The position numbers and the translations under genes are program-made. A DNA stretch of 63,675 nt, the filler included, from Craspedostauros australis (taxonomy: Eukaryota), in NCBI GenBank assembly GCA_030167865.1. It is 17 parts of 17 records of this genome, joined end to end, with 100 filler letters (N's around TTAATTAATTAA, not from the genome) between each part and the next. Parts side by side here need not be neighbours in the genome. Positions count along the whole stretch, not along the records: positions 1 to 3,298 come from JALAGF010001524.1; positions 3,399 to 33,860 come from JALAGF010001525.1; 15 more parts are not named here. One strand, written 5' to 3'. Under the pieces are notes generated by a model. That model was given only the letters and a program-made list of their open reading frames with translations. It searched no databases and was not told the DNA's origin. Numbering within the stretch: position 1 is the first letter of the stretch; the number at the start of each line of letters is the position of its first letter. Shown here piece by piece: positions 1 through 12,590 of the stretch.

Positions 1-1
1 A

Positions 2-739
2 TGGCTCGCAGGCACGCATCAGGAAGTGCACTACATCCTAATGTCATTCGGGTTGCCTGTCCGGTCGTTCCCGGTGACCACGCGTGGTGAATGGAAGAAG
101 GGTGGTTTCTTCAAATGGATCGCCCGCCGAAAGCTCCGGGATCAAGATCCGGAGAAGTACCGAAACACTGTCGAAGTTCCGTCGCTTTGCGATGTCCTGT
201 TAGGGCGCGGCAAGCCGTTCCAAGGTCATCCCGGAAACCGCCGGTTGCACGATATCTTGGCTGCTCATTACGATGAATACAACAACGGAGGGCGGAAGGA
301 GAAGACGGAGCTGGCAGAGAAGATTGTGAAGCTGGTGAAGGCCACCCCTGCGAAGTTTCTGAGGCGTGATGAAGATGAAATGTGGGTGACTGCTTCCGAC
401 GAGGCCGCACGAGAGAAAGTATCTCACGGGTTTCGACGCAAGCGGGAATTGGAAAAGACCATCCAGGCGCAAACCTATCTATCAGACGGTGATGGTAGCG
501 GTATAAGTGGCACAGGTGCATCTGTTTCTGGATCCGCCGTGGCAGCGGTCATGAGAAACCGAGTTGGCAGTGGAGGTTGCAGCATCGGTAGCACCACGAC
601 AGACATGAGGAAGGATGGATCCGGGTCTGATGACAGCGACGGCGAGACGACGGTCACGCGAATGGGAGTCGCCTGGCCTCCGAGACGGAAACGCACGAAG
701 ATGTGTGACACTTCGTCTGCTTGCAAGGGTTGCAAGTGA
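2..739 (+). CDS. DUF6824-domain protein (diatom-expanded family), 3' part/last exon
   Basis: Frame is open from the window start. It contains GTHQEVHYILMSFGLP, then DVLLGRG..HPGN and ..W...AREKVSHGFR, the typical DUF6824 motifs. Possible splice acceptor cag at 8-10. Confidence 0.8.
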   Translation, partial: WLAGTHQEVHYILMSFGLPVRSFPVTTRGEWKKGGFFKWIARRKLRDQDPEKYRNTVEVPSLCDVLLGRGKPFQGHPGNRRLHDILAAHYDEYNNGGRKEKTELAEKIVKLVKATPAKFLRRDEDEMWVTASDEAAREKVSHGFRRKRELEKTIQAQTYLSDGDGSGISGTGASVSGSAVAAVMRNRVGSGGCSIGSTTTDMRKDGSGSDDSDGETTVTRMGVAWPPRRKRTKMCDTSSACKGCK

Positions 740-1250
740 GCACTTGAGGTGGGCGTTACTCCAGAACTTCGGATGTTGTTAAGGCGGCACATCGCGGTAT
801 CAATCGTACTCTGCCAGCAGCACGAGGTGCTCCACTTGAGGCACTCCACACCAGTTGTCAATGTCAACGATCTAATCACTGTAATAGACAACGCTCCTAT
901 CAAATTGTGTGTGACACAGTACTATACTAGTACTACATTGCTTCCATGACAAGCTGTTCAGTATGTACTCAGCTTTTCCGGCTGGGAATGCAGAAACCGC
1001 AATGTCCCCTTCAGTTGAGTGCATGTCCCATCTCCCATGCACATCCATCCTGGGTCAAAGCGCAACTCTGGCTCGTGGCCTGCAGACATATCCCTCATAA
1101 ATTTCTCATGGTACTGGCCTGCTACCTGCACCAAATGTGGAACGGTGTTCACGACAACAGTGGCTGCGGAGTTTTGGCCCCTTGTTTCCACTGGTTTGCT
1201 TGCAATTGGGAGAAGCGGGGATTGAATATTTATATCTATTTCGTGTCGTA

Positions 1251-1335
1251 GCTTCCCGATCCGTCTTCAACGTCAGAGGACACGGATCCCACGTCATGAA
1301 AGCCACTCGCAACACAAGAAGTAAGTTGACGTTCA
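1251..1335 (+). mobile_element. Left terminal inverted repeat of a Tc1/mariner-like element
   Basis: GATCCGTCTTC.ACGTCA.AGG..ACGGAT.CCACGTCATG matches 37211-37290 in direct orientation and 5340-5392 in inverted orientation; both of those lie next to mariner transposase sequence. Confidence 0.65.
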
Positions 1336-1339
1336 ATTA

Positions 1340-2032
1340 GGGACAGACTATCTCCATTTTATGGTGTCCCTCGCCGATGCCTGAAATTCATTTTGGCACG
1401 AAACTTCCTGACTTCAACGAACGCAACACCCTCCTTTCTTCTCCCCCCTCCTCTTTCATTCACGAACCATTGCTGACTCAATGCCTGCATTGACCTGAGT
1501 CCAATCATCCTGGGAACTACAGGCTCTCCAGATCCTACTGACTGAGACTCGCCTCGATTCCCTCCTTGTCTATGACAACCGCCTTGTCGTCACAGTCATA
1601 GCATGGATATCCAACCTGCTTCAACTCAAGCAGGGAATCTGATGGTGAATTCCAACTGCAACTGCTGCTGCATCATCAACTTCTATAAAAGAACTGAGCT
1701 GTTATGCTCTACACTACAATGCAACAGCACATGGAGAGATGAGCGATGACAGGGAGCAACGTCCGCCCTCAACACTGAACCATGCGGATCAGTGCAGAGC
1801 CGAATCAACTTGTGGCATCATTTCTTCATCCTACCAAGACTATAAACTAACTCATAATAACACAAGCCAAGAATAGTACAAACAGCACTACTCTACTCAT
1901 CGTTACAGTACCACATCTTCGACAAGTTCACACCTCTTGAACTGCATTGCACAGTTATCTCGAAACCAGCAGTTCACGAGGCTTTTCCACCGAATTGTGT
2001 CACCAACAGAGCACGAATTTCAACTCCGTCCT
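1340..2032 (+). mobile_element. Degenerate DNA transposon end (PIF/Harbinger-like), copy 1
   Basis: Starts TTA|GGGACAGACTA. Diverged homology to the reverse complement of 57153-57542, which shares the GGGACAGACTA terminus, and to 61773-62215. The superfamily is inferred only from the GGG terminus and TNA flank. Confidence 0.55.
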
Positions 2033-2838
2033 TGTCGAGATGTACATGTGAGTATATGTCAAGATGTACGTGTATATGTGCATCGTTCACCTGTTATTCT
2101 CTCATACACACTTGGACGGTAAAGCTACATTCGTGTCAATAGTATGCTGTGATTTGTCAAAATCACAATGGAAATGGAACACACAAAAATGAGCAGAATT
2201 TCTGGAGGAAATTTGCGATCAACGAATTCTGAGAGAATCAGGAACATCGTGCGTCCATCCATCAATGGAAACGTATGGTATCGAGCGAAACTCAATGTAC
2301 CTCCCAACTAAACCCCAGATGACAATATCATCTGACAGACTGCTGCATCATTGATGGAACGTGACATCTGGAGAGCAGAAGGATGCCTACTGACGTCAAG
2401 AGGATGTCATCGTGTCACCATGTTGACATCTGTCTCCAGGTCAGAGCAAGAGGCGAAGATCCGATGACCGAAGGGCATCAAGATCATGGATACAAGAGGT
2501 GAAATTCAAATGGTAAGTACTCATGGAGTAGAAGCCAGTAAGGAACGAACGAAGCGTCGAATGCGGAGTACACATCGAACGCGAAGTATTGTGTAGCACG
2601 AGTACACGATATTGAGAGAGAGAGAGAGAGAATACGAAGAGTAGCCAGAGAGCATCTCTCACACCAACTCATAGTCGGAGACTGAATCTACGAAACAGAT
2701 AAACGCACTGAGAGCATCGGGCAAGAGAGAGGACACCGAGAGGATTGGAGTCTCAATTTAATGAAATAGCAAACACAATGACTATCAACAACACTGTCTT
2801 CCACGATCGTAGGCTTGCTGTCACGGAACTTGCCAACA
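2033..2838 (+). mobile_element. Probable solo LTR (TGTCGAGA...CCAACA) inserted in the Harbinger-like element
   Basis: 2033-2338 matches the reverse complement of 35182-35477 with a sharp boundary at TG. Host-element homology (ATGGAG.., compare 62196) resumes at 2839. No clear TSD. Confidence 0.55.
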
Positions 2839-3298
2839 ATGGAGTGTTTCATGTTCCCAAGTTTTGCTGTTTTCAATTTTGTTGCTGCAGTCAATCATTT
2901 TGTGAGCTCCGCATTGCCATCAATTGACCATTATTATTCACTGTTTCAATTATCCCTACTCAGGAGTCTGGCCCATGTGTGGCCATTAAACCGTCGTTTC
3001 AGGTCTCCGTTGCAGAGGCGTGCGCACGACTTGCACCTCTGTTGCATTCCTGTCTTCTTCCTTCAGATGGTGCCCTGGAGTCGTATGGGTTGGCTGTATC
3101 AACCATTCAATTATGTCCAGAAGTGACCTGAATATGGAAGAAACCAGTGTTGCCTTATCGTGGTAAAGGCAAAATCCCCTTCTTCCCCTGCTGCCACCAA
3201 ACAGAATCATACCCTGTACCACCAACACCAAACGCAGACACTGTGCCAGAGAGAAGCCAAAAGTAGACAGCGAGGTTGCAAGAGGACAAACAAGGAAG

Positions 3299-3398
3299 NN
3301 NNNNNNNNNNNNNNNNNNNNNNNNNNNNNNNNNNNNNNNNNNTTAATTAATTAANNNNNNNNNNNNNNNNNNNNNNNNNNNNNNNNNNNNNNNNNNNN
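3299..3398. other. Artificial 100-bp linker N44-TTAATTAATTAA-N44 (first of 16)
   Basis: Identical linkers start at 3299, 33861, 35082, 37414, 38882, 41368, 44576, 46890, 48107, 49668, 50999, 52975, 54122, 55542, 57053 and 61673. TTAATTAATTAA puts stops in all six frames. Confidence 0.97.
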
Positions 3399-3846
3399 TA
3401 CTCCACACATCAATAGTCCCACACAAGTCAATCAACCACAACACGAACAAATGCACACTTAATCAGCAAAACCAGCACAGTTTCCAACAACACAGGAGTG
3501 GTGCTTCTCGGGTTTGTGAGCTGCTTCGCTCTCCGCGCTCCAACACTGGTTGCCCCGGTCATGCTATTCAGTCCAAGCCACCGTCGCGTACGTGTTTCAT
3601 TTCAGCTTATTTTCCGACCTATGGTAATTTTCATTTTTTACCGTTGCTCCCAGTTCAGCCACCACCAACAACGACGCGGAGGAAATACGCGCTGACAACC
3701 TTCGCCGTGCTTCGCCAGATCTTTTGTTTCGGCAACCTAAAGGACTATACTAGTTCTTCAACATCAATCGTGTGAAAAGAATGCCAAATGAACTTGTGCT
3801 CACATGAATCCAATGGGTCAAACAAGTCTGCCAAGCAAAAACAACA

Positions 3847-5145
3847 GTGTTGGCAACAAACTGCGCGAAGACCAAACACGACGACTTCATTGTTGTGGTT
3901 GTGGTCACACGAACGCACCGCAAAGATGAGGTGGTGATGATGTTGGTGGGAGGAGAACGCCATTTGGGTGCTCTACTTGCACTTGTACCATGCTTTGGCA
4001 TCAAGAGGGTCAGAGGCTTCAAGTCATCAAGAACATGCACAAACCAAGAGGGATACAGGCACATTCATGATGACAAGAAAATTTCTTGCAAGAAGGGTGA
4101 GCTGTACTCCCAACCATTGGAGATCACAGACAGTATGGAATCAGTTGGTCATTGTGATAAGCCCAAGCTGAAGTATAGCCTCAAGAAATTCTTCCATGAA
4201 AAAGAAATCCCCACACTGGATTTGCTTGCCAACAAGATCAGGGCCGAAACAGGCAAGATCAGGGTGATCTGCTACCATATGGATGGCATGGGGCCACACA
4301 CAGACACAGAACTACTTGAGTTCAGCCACAAGGAGTTTGACAGTCACAGATGGCACCTATGATTCCAACCACCAAATTCTCTCATCACGAATGTGAAAGA
4401 CAATGCGATATTCCCAGTGATGCCAACACACATGTCACCATACCAAGGTAAGCACCATGAGAGCCGCATGTTCACCACTGACACATTGTTGAATGCTTGA
4501 AAAACTTGTTGGGAACAATTAGAGCTGGACAAGGTGGCTCGCATGTATGTTCGTCATCATCAGATTGCCAACGCAATTTGTGCTGTGAAAGGAGGTGACG
4601 AGTTTGTGATGGTGCGCAAAGGGCTGAGTATGAACGTGTGCAAGCAAACATTCACTGAAGTTGATGAGGACAGCAATGAGATCGGTGTTCCCATGTCTCA
4701 CACCAACTTTGAGTTGAAGGAGGATGAGGTGACCAACAATACTGCCATGAAACCAGCTGCAACAGAGAACAATAATAACTCAGCTACCTTCAAATGCGCC
4801 AAGCCCAACATCGAAGGTATGTACAATGATGCGCTCAAGGTGATGGCTGTCAGTGGACTGCAGTGCCTGAAAACGAACCTGTCAACAACCAGCAGCCTCA
4901 TTCCATTGCTGGAGAAGCAAATCGTTGAGACCACCAAAGCCAATGAGGAGGCCGAACAACAGAAGAAAGGCAAGAAGAGAAAGAAGCAACCCAGCAAGAG
5001 CAAAGCCAACATCATTGAGCCTCACAACAACAACAGCAAGACTGAGGCAGCACCTACCATGAACACATTCGAAGTGGCCTGTCTGGCTGGCAAGACTGGA
5101 AATCACAGCAAAGCAGAGCATGGCAGCAACACAGCAGAAATGTAG
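3847..5145 (+). pseudogene. Degenerate Tc1/mariner transposase
   Basis: Closely similar to the open copy at 37516-38763 (MDG.GPH...QP.NS.ITNVKD), but with in-frame TGA stops at 4360 and 4498. Confidence 0.85.
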
Positions 5146-5339
5146 CTGCAAATCGAGGTAATTGTTATTGATTTGTATGTGTTAGTTACACTCATGATGT
5201 GAGTGTTTGTGTGCACATCATCTGCTTGATGACATGGAGGTTGGAATTGTGATGTGTTGTGTTGTGCAACCACCATGTTGTGTTATGGACCAGGTCACGT
5301 CCTGTGAGGCAATTTCACTCGTTGTGTTGCGCATGGTTT

Positions 5340-5392
5340 TGCATGACGTGGCATCCGTCCCCTGTGACGTCGAAGACGGATCGGAGAGAGAA
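5340..5392 (-). mobile_element. Right terminal inverted repeat of the mariner-like element
   Basis: Reverse complement matches 1251-1300 and 37211-37260; lies about 200 bp after the transposase stop. Confidence 0.65.
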
Positions 5393-5491
5393 GGCACAAA
5401 ATAGCTTTAAATATGCAATCGCCGTTTCTCCCAACACCAAGCAAATCAGAGTCCAAAAAGGCGAAAATTCTACGACTCTCGTGTTTTTATC

Positions 5492-8400
5492 GTGGCACCG
5501 CTTCACGTTGGGGGCAGGCCGCACAATCAGTCAGCGCATAGAGTCCAGATCGGTCCCAATACAACTCAAGCAACTGCGAATGTCGCCTCGGTTGCGTCGG
5601 TTGTGCTTCCCTCAAGCGTTACTCCAAGCGCAAATGCGAGTACAAATGTGAACATGAATGCAATCGCAACAGCAGCAGCTCCAAATACAATTGCAGATGC
5701 TAATACGGCACCAGCAACAGCCACGAAAATGAATTGCGCCAAGCCCGTCACTCGTGCACGATCAGAAACTTCCGCTGGCATGCATATGCAGTCGTTGCCC
5801 ATGGAAATGAACCAAAGGATCAATGCCAATTCATTGAATTCAGCCTCATCAATGGCATCAGAAGCCAAGCAGGCAGCGATGCAACTGAATGCCAACGGAG
5901 AGCAAAGGAAAGGCCGATTCGTGTTACGTCCGGTTGGGAGCATCGATCCCAGCACTGTTTTGATCAGCGCTGCCAACCTCACCACTGGTCGTTCCGACGT
6001 TTCCAACACCGGAAGTGCGCCGAGTTCGGCGGGAACGTCTCGGTCCAACACGCCGCAAAGGACGAAGCATGCCAGCGAAGCCAAGCCCAGCGGAACGGGC
6101 AGCCGATTTAAGGTCTACCCTGTCTCCAAAGATCAAGAGCAGGCGTTGAAAAACTTGGCAGCTTCGAAGTGTGATGGAACAACGTCTCAAGGTGGGATCC
6201 TCTATGTTCCTTCAGTGCAGGTGTCCACAAACGCACCACAGCCGAAGGTCGAAATCGCATTCTCAAAGAGTCCAGGACAAACTCGAGAGAAAGGAAGGTT
6301 CAAGATCACGCCAGTAGATCCAGGCGCCGCAGGTATGTCTCTGCAGACCACTGGGCTATCCCAACCCGAAGCAACGGCGGCCGCATCCAAAGTTGCAACG
6401 ACGCCACTCATCAATCCCAAAGTCCAATATCCCCAATCAACCTCCATCAAGAGCGCGGATGCCTCGCAGTCGTCGACTCTGAAATCGCCGTCGACAACTG
6501 TTGCACGATCGCTGCAACAACCCACCCTGCTCACGAAACATCGGCGCAATCTCAGCACGAGCCGTGCAATGTCGGAGTATGGTCCAGAAGTTCAGGTCAT
6601 ATCGGAGCAGGTCGTCGATGGAATTGGCAACATCGATACGATCAAAGGAAAGCCTCTTGTTGTTGCAGAGAAGAAAGGTCGCTTCACTGTGCTGAAGGAA
6701 CGCGCTCCTCCTGTCGTCACGAAACGCGGACGATTTGTAGTGACGAGCGTTGAGAGCCCTGCTTTGTTCTTTCCCATTCAGCCACAATCCAGCATTCCTC
6801 CATCTGCACAAGCAGACCAGGACGCGTCCACTTCACAAGCCGCGCAGCAGGCCACAGCTCCTCAACACCAGCTGGTGCAGCCGCAAGCGCAACCGCAACC
6901 ACAGATGGAACAAACACAGGCTCCAGCCCACGCGCACGCGAATGTGAACGTGAATGTAAATGTAAATGCTCATCCTCAAGCACAGTCCACCGTCGACTCC
7001 AGCCAACAATCGCAATCTCAGCAAACTGAGGCGGTGCCAGCCGCAATCCATACACAACTCCATCCACAGGCTGCCTCGTCACCGATATCTCAGCCTCGTC
7101 TCCCACTACAAGTACCAAACCTCAATGGTGACGCAGTTCAGTCTACCTACCTCCAGCTACAACCTCAGCAGATGGCCGTACTTCCGTCGCAGCCATATGA
7201 AAACAAAGGTGGTATGGCACAGCCAACGGCTCACGCCATGTCCGTTCAAGTACTTGAACCGCAGCACTCAATGGAAGAGCAATACTCGAAGCCTGCGCCA
7301 CCTGTGGTGCTATCAAGCATCGAAACCGAATATGCTCACCACGCTGCTTGCCAATCCATGCCAGCACCTGTGGATCCAAATCATCAAATTCCACAGCAGA
7401 CGACAGGAATCGTAACCGAAGCGAATGCTCAGCAGATTGCAAGTATTGCTGCTGCAACGAACACAATGATTCAAGATCCTGTGGTGCAACCAAATCAGGC
7501 CCCCGTTTCCCAGCACCCACCCATGATGCAAAGCATGGCTCTTTCACATCACCAGCAACAACAAGCGTATGCATACCAAATGCAACCAACGCATCACGTA
7601 CAACAACCGCAACAGTCGTACGATGTTGGCGCACGCACCATTCTGCCTCTCACGGCGTCAACGGATGCGAATGTTGTTGCGGCAGATCTGGTTGCGCCAT
7701 CAATTGCGTCGGAAAGTCCGGAACGGCATCCGAAGTCAACGATGAAATTGGGTGAGCATTCCGGAGATCAGAAACTGACTATCGACCAGTCTTCGTCATC
7801 GTCAACACCGATGACTGCAAGTACGACAGATGCCGCTGCGCCCCAACCGAGCCATACTAGCAGACCTCCAACAAGGCCGACCAACACAGCCAAGGCGCCG
7901 CGGGCCTACGATATTCACGGCCAATACGGCGCAGTCGGTCTTGGGAAGGCGTTTCATTTCTTGGAGCAGCTCAAATTGGAAGTCACGGGTGCAGATCGCA
8001 CGATCAAGACACTACATACTGATCTGAAACTGTTGGTAAGTTGCGCGTGTGAAGTGTGTGCGTGCGTGTGTCTGCGAGTGCTGGCTTTGCATTGCACGCT
8101 CATCCAGAGTTTTTGGCTTCCACAATTGTCGCCGCCAGTATGTACGTGTCATAGCTCTGACAAACCAACTCCCTTATTCATGCTAACTTGTTGGCACTTG
8201 AACAACCAACAATGCCATACACGTACGACTACCAACAGAGAGATAAGAACAAGGATTTGGAATTCAAGAATCGAGATCTTGACAGACGGTTGAAGGAAGA
8301 GAAGAAGGCAAGGCAAGTAGCCGACAACCAGGTGTTGGAATTGAAGAAGCAGCTGCAGCAATTGAGCGAAAGTCAACAGCTGCAGCAACAGCAGCACAAA

Positions 8401-9864
8401 TCAATCCAGACCAACGATGCTCAGAAACCAAGTCGATCCATGACTTCTCAGAAAGCATCACCTTCTGCGCCGGTTGGTGGTGATGGTGCGTTGAGTAGTC
8501 TTGCTCCAGCGGGCGCTCCGATCGCCACAGCAAATGCAAACCAAGATGCACAAGCATCCGCTCAAAGATTCAGAAATCCAACAGCGCAAATGAAAACCGA
8601 AGATGGCGCGAACGGCATCAATGCTAACCTTGTCAGCAAAGTGGAGCCGTTGAACGGCCGCTCTTCGACTACAATCACAAACAGAGATGCTGGTGTCTCA
8701 CAAACCAATGGCAAAGCAAAGGCGAATGGAAACGGGCATGATAACGCAGGAAGGCCTCCGCCGCCACTGCCACCACAAGTGCCAACAATGGCGCCGATGA
8801 CTGCGACAACAGGACTTCCGTCTCCTCTGCTGGTTCCCACGAAAAGCATGAGCGCCCCAAAGCGTCCAGCAAATATTCCCAATCAAGCACAAGCCACGAC
8901 AACAAGTATGGGCATGGGCATGGGTATGGGCATAGGCACGGGACAAGCGGTTTTGACACCTACAAAGACGAGACCCATACAGTCTTCTTTGAATGCACGG
9001 ACTGCGCAGCCACAGTTGCAAAACCCCACCGGTGCGCTGAACGACCCGAGGCAAAGAGGAATCTCAAATTCCGGAACCAGACCACCCATGCAGAAGCATG
9101 ATCAGCCGTTTGATCAATGCCACGATACAATCCCAAGCGTCGTCAACGTCTTTCACGGTGGTGATGATGATGGCACAATGACGCATGCCAGGTCGGCGAT
9201 TTCCATTTTGGATGACAGCAGCCTCTTCTTTGGCGGCAGCAAAGCCACGAACACCATATCATCGTCTGCGAACGGGGCACACATGGCCCAATACCAACAG
9301 ATGGCCGTGCCCATCCGACCAGTGCAAATGACGGACAATTGCTTGGCTCCTTCCGCGCAGCCAGCATACGACATCAAGCAACCTCTTTTGGTTTTGCCGA
9401 TCCAGCAATCCATGATGCCGCTGGCATCGTATCCTTCAGCATTCGTGAACCCCGAGTTTCTGAATGGACAGTACGCACCGGCAGCTTCAGCTGGACAGTC
9501 GTGGGATGGAGGATCGTTGTTCCATTCACAGGTTCAGTCGCAGGCCCAGCATGCAGAACAGCAGCAGCTGCAACAACAACAACAACAACAACAACAAGTG
9601 GCGGGCAGTCAGATGTCAAGCACCCGACAGCACCAATTGATCTTCCAGCAGCAGCAGATGCAGGTGCACGGTCAGCACGGACAGATGGATCCCTTTCGTT
9701 CTGACTTGTCCGCAGCGCCGCTCATTACACCGAGCCTCGCGCCGACGGCAGGGACTCCCCTCGTATCAAATGCTGCACCACGCCCGTCACCTTCGAACGG
9801 CGTGCCGGCCACAGGTGGGATGGCTTTCCACAACTTGGCGAACCTGCAGGGCAGCAAACCATAG
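5492..9864 (+). CDS. Large disordered Q/P/S/T-rich protein with five RFx[V/I/L] motifs and a central coiled coil; 2 exons (start uncertain; intron 8036-8238)
   Basis: ORFs 5492-8293 and 8188-9864 join through a phase-0 GTAAGT...CAG intron, giving a continuous heptad-like segment (LEQLKLEV...TDLKLL|RDKNKDLE...LKKQLQQL). First ATG is at 5654. Confidence 0.75.
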
Positions 9865-10182
9865 TAGAGTACTCCATGTAGAGTAGTGCTAGATCTGCAA
9901 TGGTTGAAGCAAAACAGTCAGCGGTGGCGCAATGAGACTTTCTTTCCACAGTAGTAGGTTCGTGTGTTGTCTGATTTTGGTTTTGTGGAACAAACATCCG
10001 CCCTCCGACAATCGATACCTTCCGACCTTCTGCATGATTATTCAGTCCGACCAAATCCATGGACTCTCAGCACACCCGCTTGCGACAACAACTAGAAGAG
10101 ATAGGATGTGCTTGTGATAGTTCATGTGTCGTTTAAAATTCCATGCTCTATCTAAAATGTGTTGTGCACTGCAACGCATCAC

Positions 10183-11364
10183 TTAGTTGGCTGGGCAGAC
10201 GCGCTCGACGATACGTCCGTACAGTGGCTGGACTGGGCGGCTGGTGCTTCCGACTGGTCCGGCGTTGGTGCCTGGTTTGCAAGTGCTGGCATCAATGTAG
10301 CTGACGACGAGGTCGACGAGACGCATGTACTGTGCCGGCGTGACGGCGACGGCAGTGTCGGCCAAGTTCCACCAGACGACCTCGGAGCATGGTGGCGTGG
10401 TGAGTCCACCATCGTAGTGGAAGAACGCTGTGCCCTCCGGAAGGAGGTTGTATGGGGCGAAGATGATGTCGTCCTGCAGCTTGCGTACGGCACCGCCTGG
10501 GGTGTCAACCGGGGTGTCAACTGGGTTGACATTGGCTGGTGGCGCTGGGTTGGCGCAGGCCTGACGGTTGGCCATGTCCTGCTGCTCCCATCCGGTGAGG
10601 AGGACATCGAAGAGGTCGTTTGGCTCGGTGGCATCTGGCTGGATCATCATTCCGATGACGGCGAAACGGTCGCCATCGACCTCACCGTGGACGGTGTGCA
10701 GCTCGGCACCGTAGAAGTTTCCATCGATGGTGTGCTCCGAGGAGGTGTGGATGTGGAACTGGAGGGCCTTGTAGACGCCGTTGATGCCTGGGATGCGCAC
10801 GGTTGGGTTGACGCAGCTGTCATCGCCTGGGAAGGAGGCCTTGACTCCGGTGTTGGTGAGCGAGTAGCTCATGGAGGCGTAGTTGCAGCTTCCATTCTGT
10901 GGGGTTGTGACGGACGTGGATCGCGCATTGGTTGGTTGTTCGAGACGGGCGACGGTGGAATTGGAGTTAGTAAACGAATATGCCACAACGAAAGGAAAAC
11001 ACTCAGAATGCAAATGGAAGAACCATTTCGCAAGCGATAATGCCACATGCATTGCCTGACATCATCTGAACATCTTCGATCAACCGACATCACAGTATCA
11101 GATGTGATTTGAAGGCCTGTGATCTGAGCAGAACAATGCTGAACTCACATCGAAGCGGTAGTTCTCGAAGCGGTCGCACTCGCCCTTGGTGATGGCCACT
11201 GGACTGTTGGACTTGCCGTCGCAGGCATTGTCATCCATCGGGAGCTTGCCCCAGTTCTGTGGGCCGTAGATGGAATCTGGATCGTAAGAGAATGGAGCGC
11301 TGGTTGCGGCTTGGGCGACTGGCACGGAGGCCAGAAGGGCGGCGGCTGCGAGACGGGAGAACAT
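10183..11364 (-). CDS. Alpha-carbonic anhydrase with signal peptide; exons 11364-11149 and 10896-10183 (309 aa)
   Basis: Signal peptide MFSRLAAAALLASVPVAQA; FSY..GPQNW; C.G..NSP; zinc ligands QFHIH..SEH..ELHTVH; YDGGLTTPPCSEVVWW; RPVQPL.GR. Phase-0 GTGAGT...CAG intron at 11148-10897. Confidence 0.95.
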
Positions 11365-12590
11365 GGTGGGCTGCTGGGGGGTGGTGGTATTGACGAGTAA
11401 GGACTTGCTTGCTTGTGCTGGAGGTTGACTTTGATCGACGGGCTGATCAAAAAGATGTGAGACAACCGATCGATTTCTGTGCTTGGACACCTCTGCCAAC
11501 GAGTTTCCGCAGAAAGGACACGATCCCAGACAAGCGGTGTTGTGAGTTGCGAGTTGCGGCAGCCACACGCACACTCTTCATTCCCTCCCTTCCGCCTTTC
11601 CGTCCTTCTTCACCCACACACACACGCAAAGAGGGAGAGAGAGAGAGATCTTTCTCGTCTCGCGTCACGTCATGTTGCAATGATGCACATGTCAGCATCA
11701 TCGTCATCATCATCACCCATGCGCCACATGTTCCTCTCCCAATCGTTGTTGTCTGTTTTCGCTCTCCTTTGGTGGTGGTTTTTACAAGTAACCACACACG
11801 ACAAACCCAAAAAGCAACACGCACGAAGAAAAATGACATGCGCTGACGTGTCAACCATTGATACATCTTCACGCAAGCGATGACGTCGGCAACTCTCGTT
11901 CAATGGTACCAAGAAAGCATGTGGTATCGGTAGGTACCGTGCTCCAGGGAAAGAGTATCTGTTCCAGCCCAGATTTTATTAATCATATTAATCGTAAACT
12001 CTGTTTCGATCCTGGAGACTTTCTCTCTCTCGCTTCTCGTAGCCTGTGGAGAGACAAACAACAACAATACGACCTACCCATCTTTAGCAGGTAGTCGTAC
12101 GTCAAGCAATCCGGTGGTGCAAATGTACTTGCGTGCGAACACAGCTGGGTGATGAGACAAGATGCGTTGAGCAAAGGGAAGAGCGTGTGTGACACGAGAA
12201 GGGTGTCGTAAAAGTATGAGAGAAACCGTGGCGCAATGCCTGGGTGAAAACTCTCGTTACGCGTCCGCAGTGACCGCACAAAAGATTTGGGTCTTTTGTG
12301 GCCACCGCTCTATCTTACATCTGGCATTTTGACCGATCCGATTCATACGAGTAGCCCGCACATGCACTAATATGTTGCTGTGTACTTTACCATACTCTGC
12401 CATACTCTACCATACCATACATACATATTCGTAAACGCAGGACCATCAAGTTGGCATAACTCCCAGCGTTATGAAGATGCTGAGATTGGGAAGTAGAGAA
12501 CACACTATTCTGTTTCGAGCATGTATTAGAATGGCAGTGCGGTAGCCAGCGTCAGCAGCTTGAAGCAAGCGTTGACTGCATGCCTTCCGC

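Noticed and set aside
3343..3354. Recurrent TTAATTAATTAA palindrome between N runs as a biological repeat or CRISPR-like array
   Set aside because: It is a fixed 100-bp artificial six-frame-stop linker; ORFs ending in X...LIN are artefacts of it.
10159..11040. 293-aa plus-strand ORF
   Set aside because: Antisense shadow of the carbonic anhydrase.
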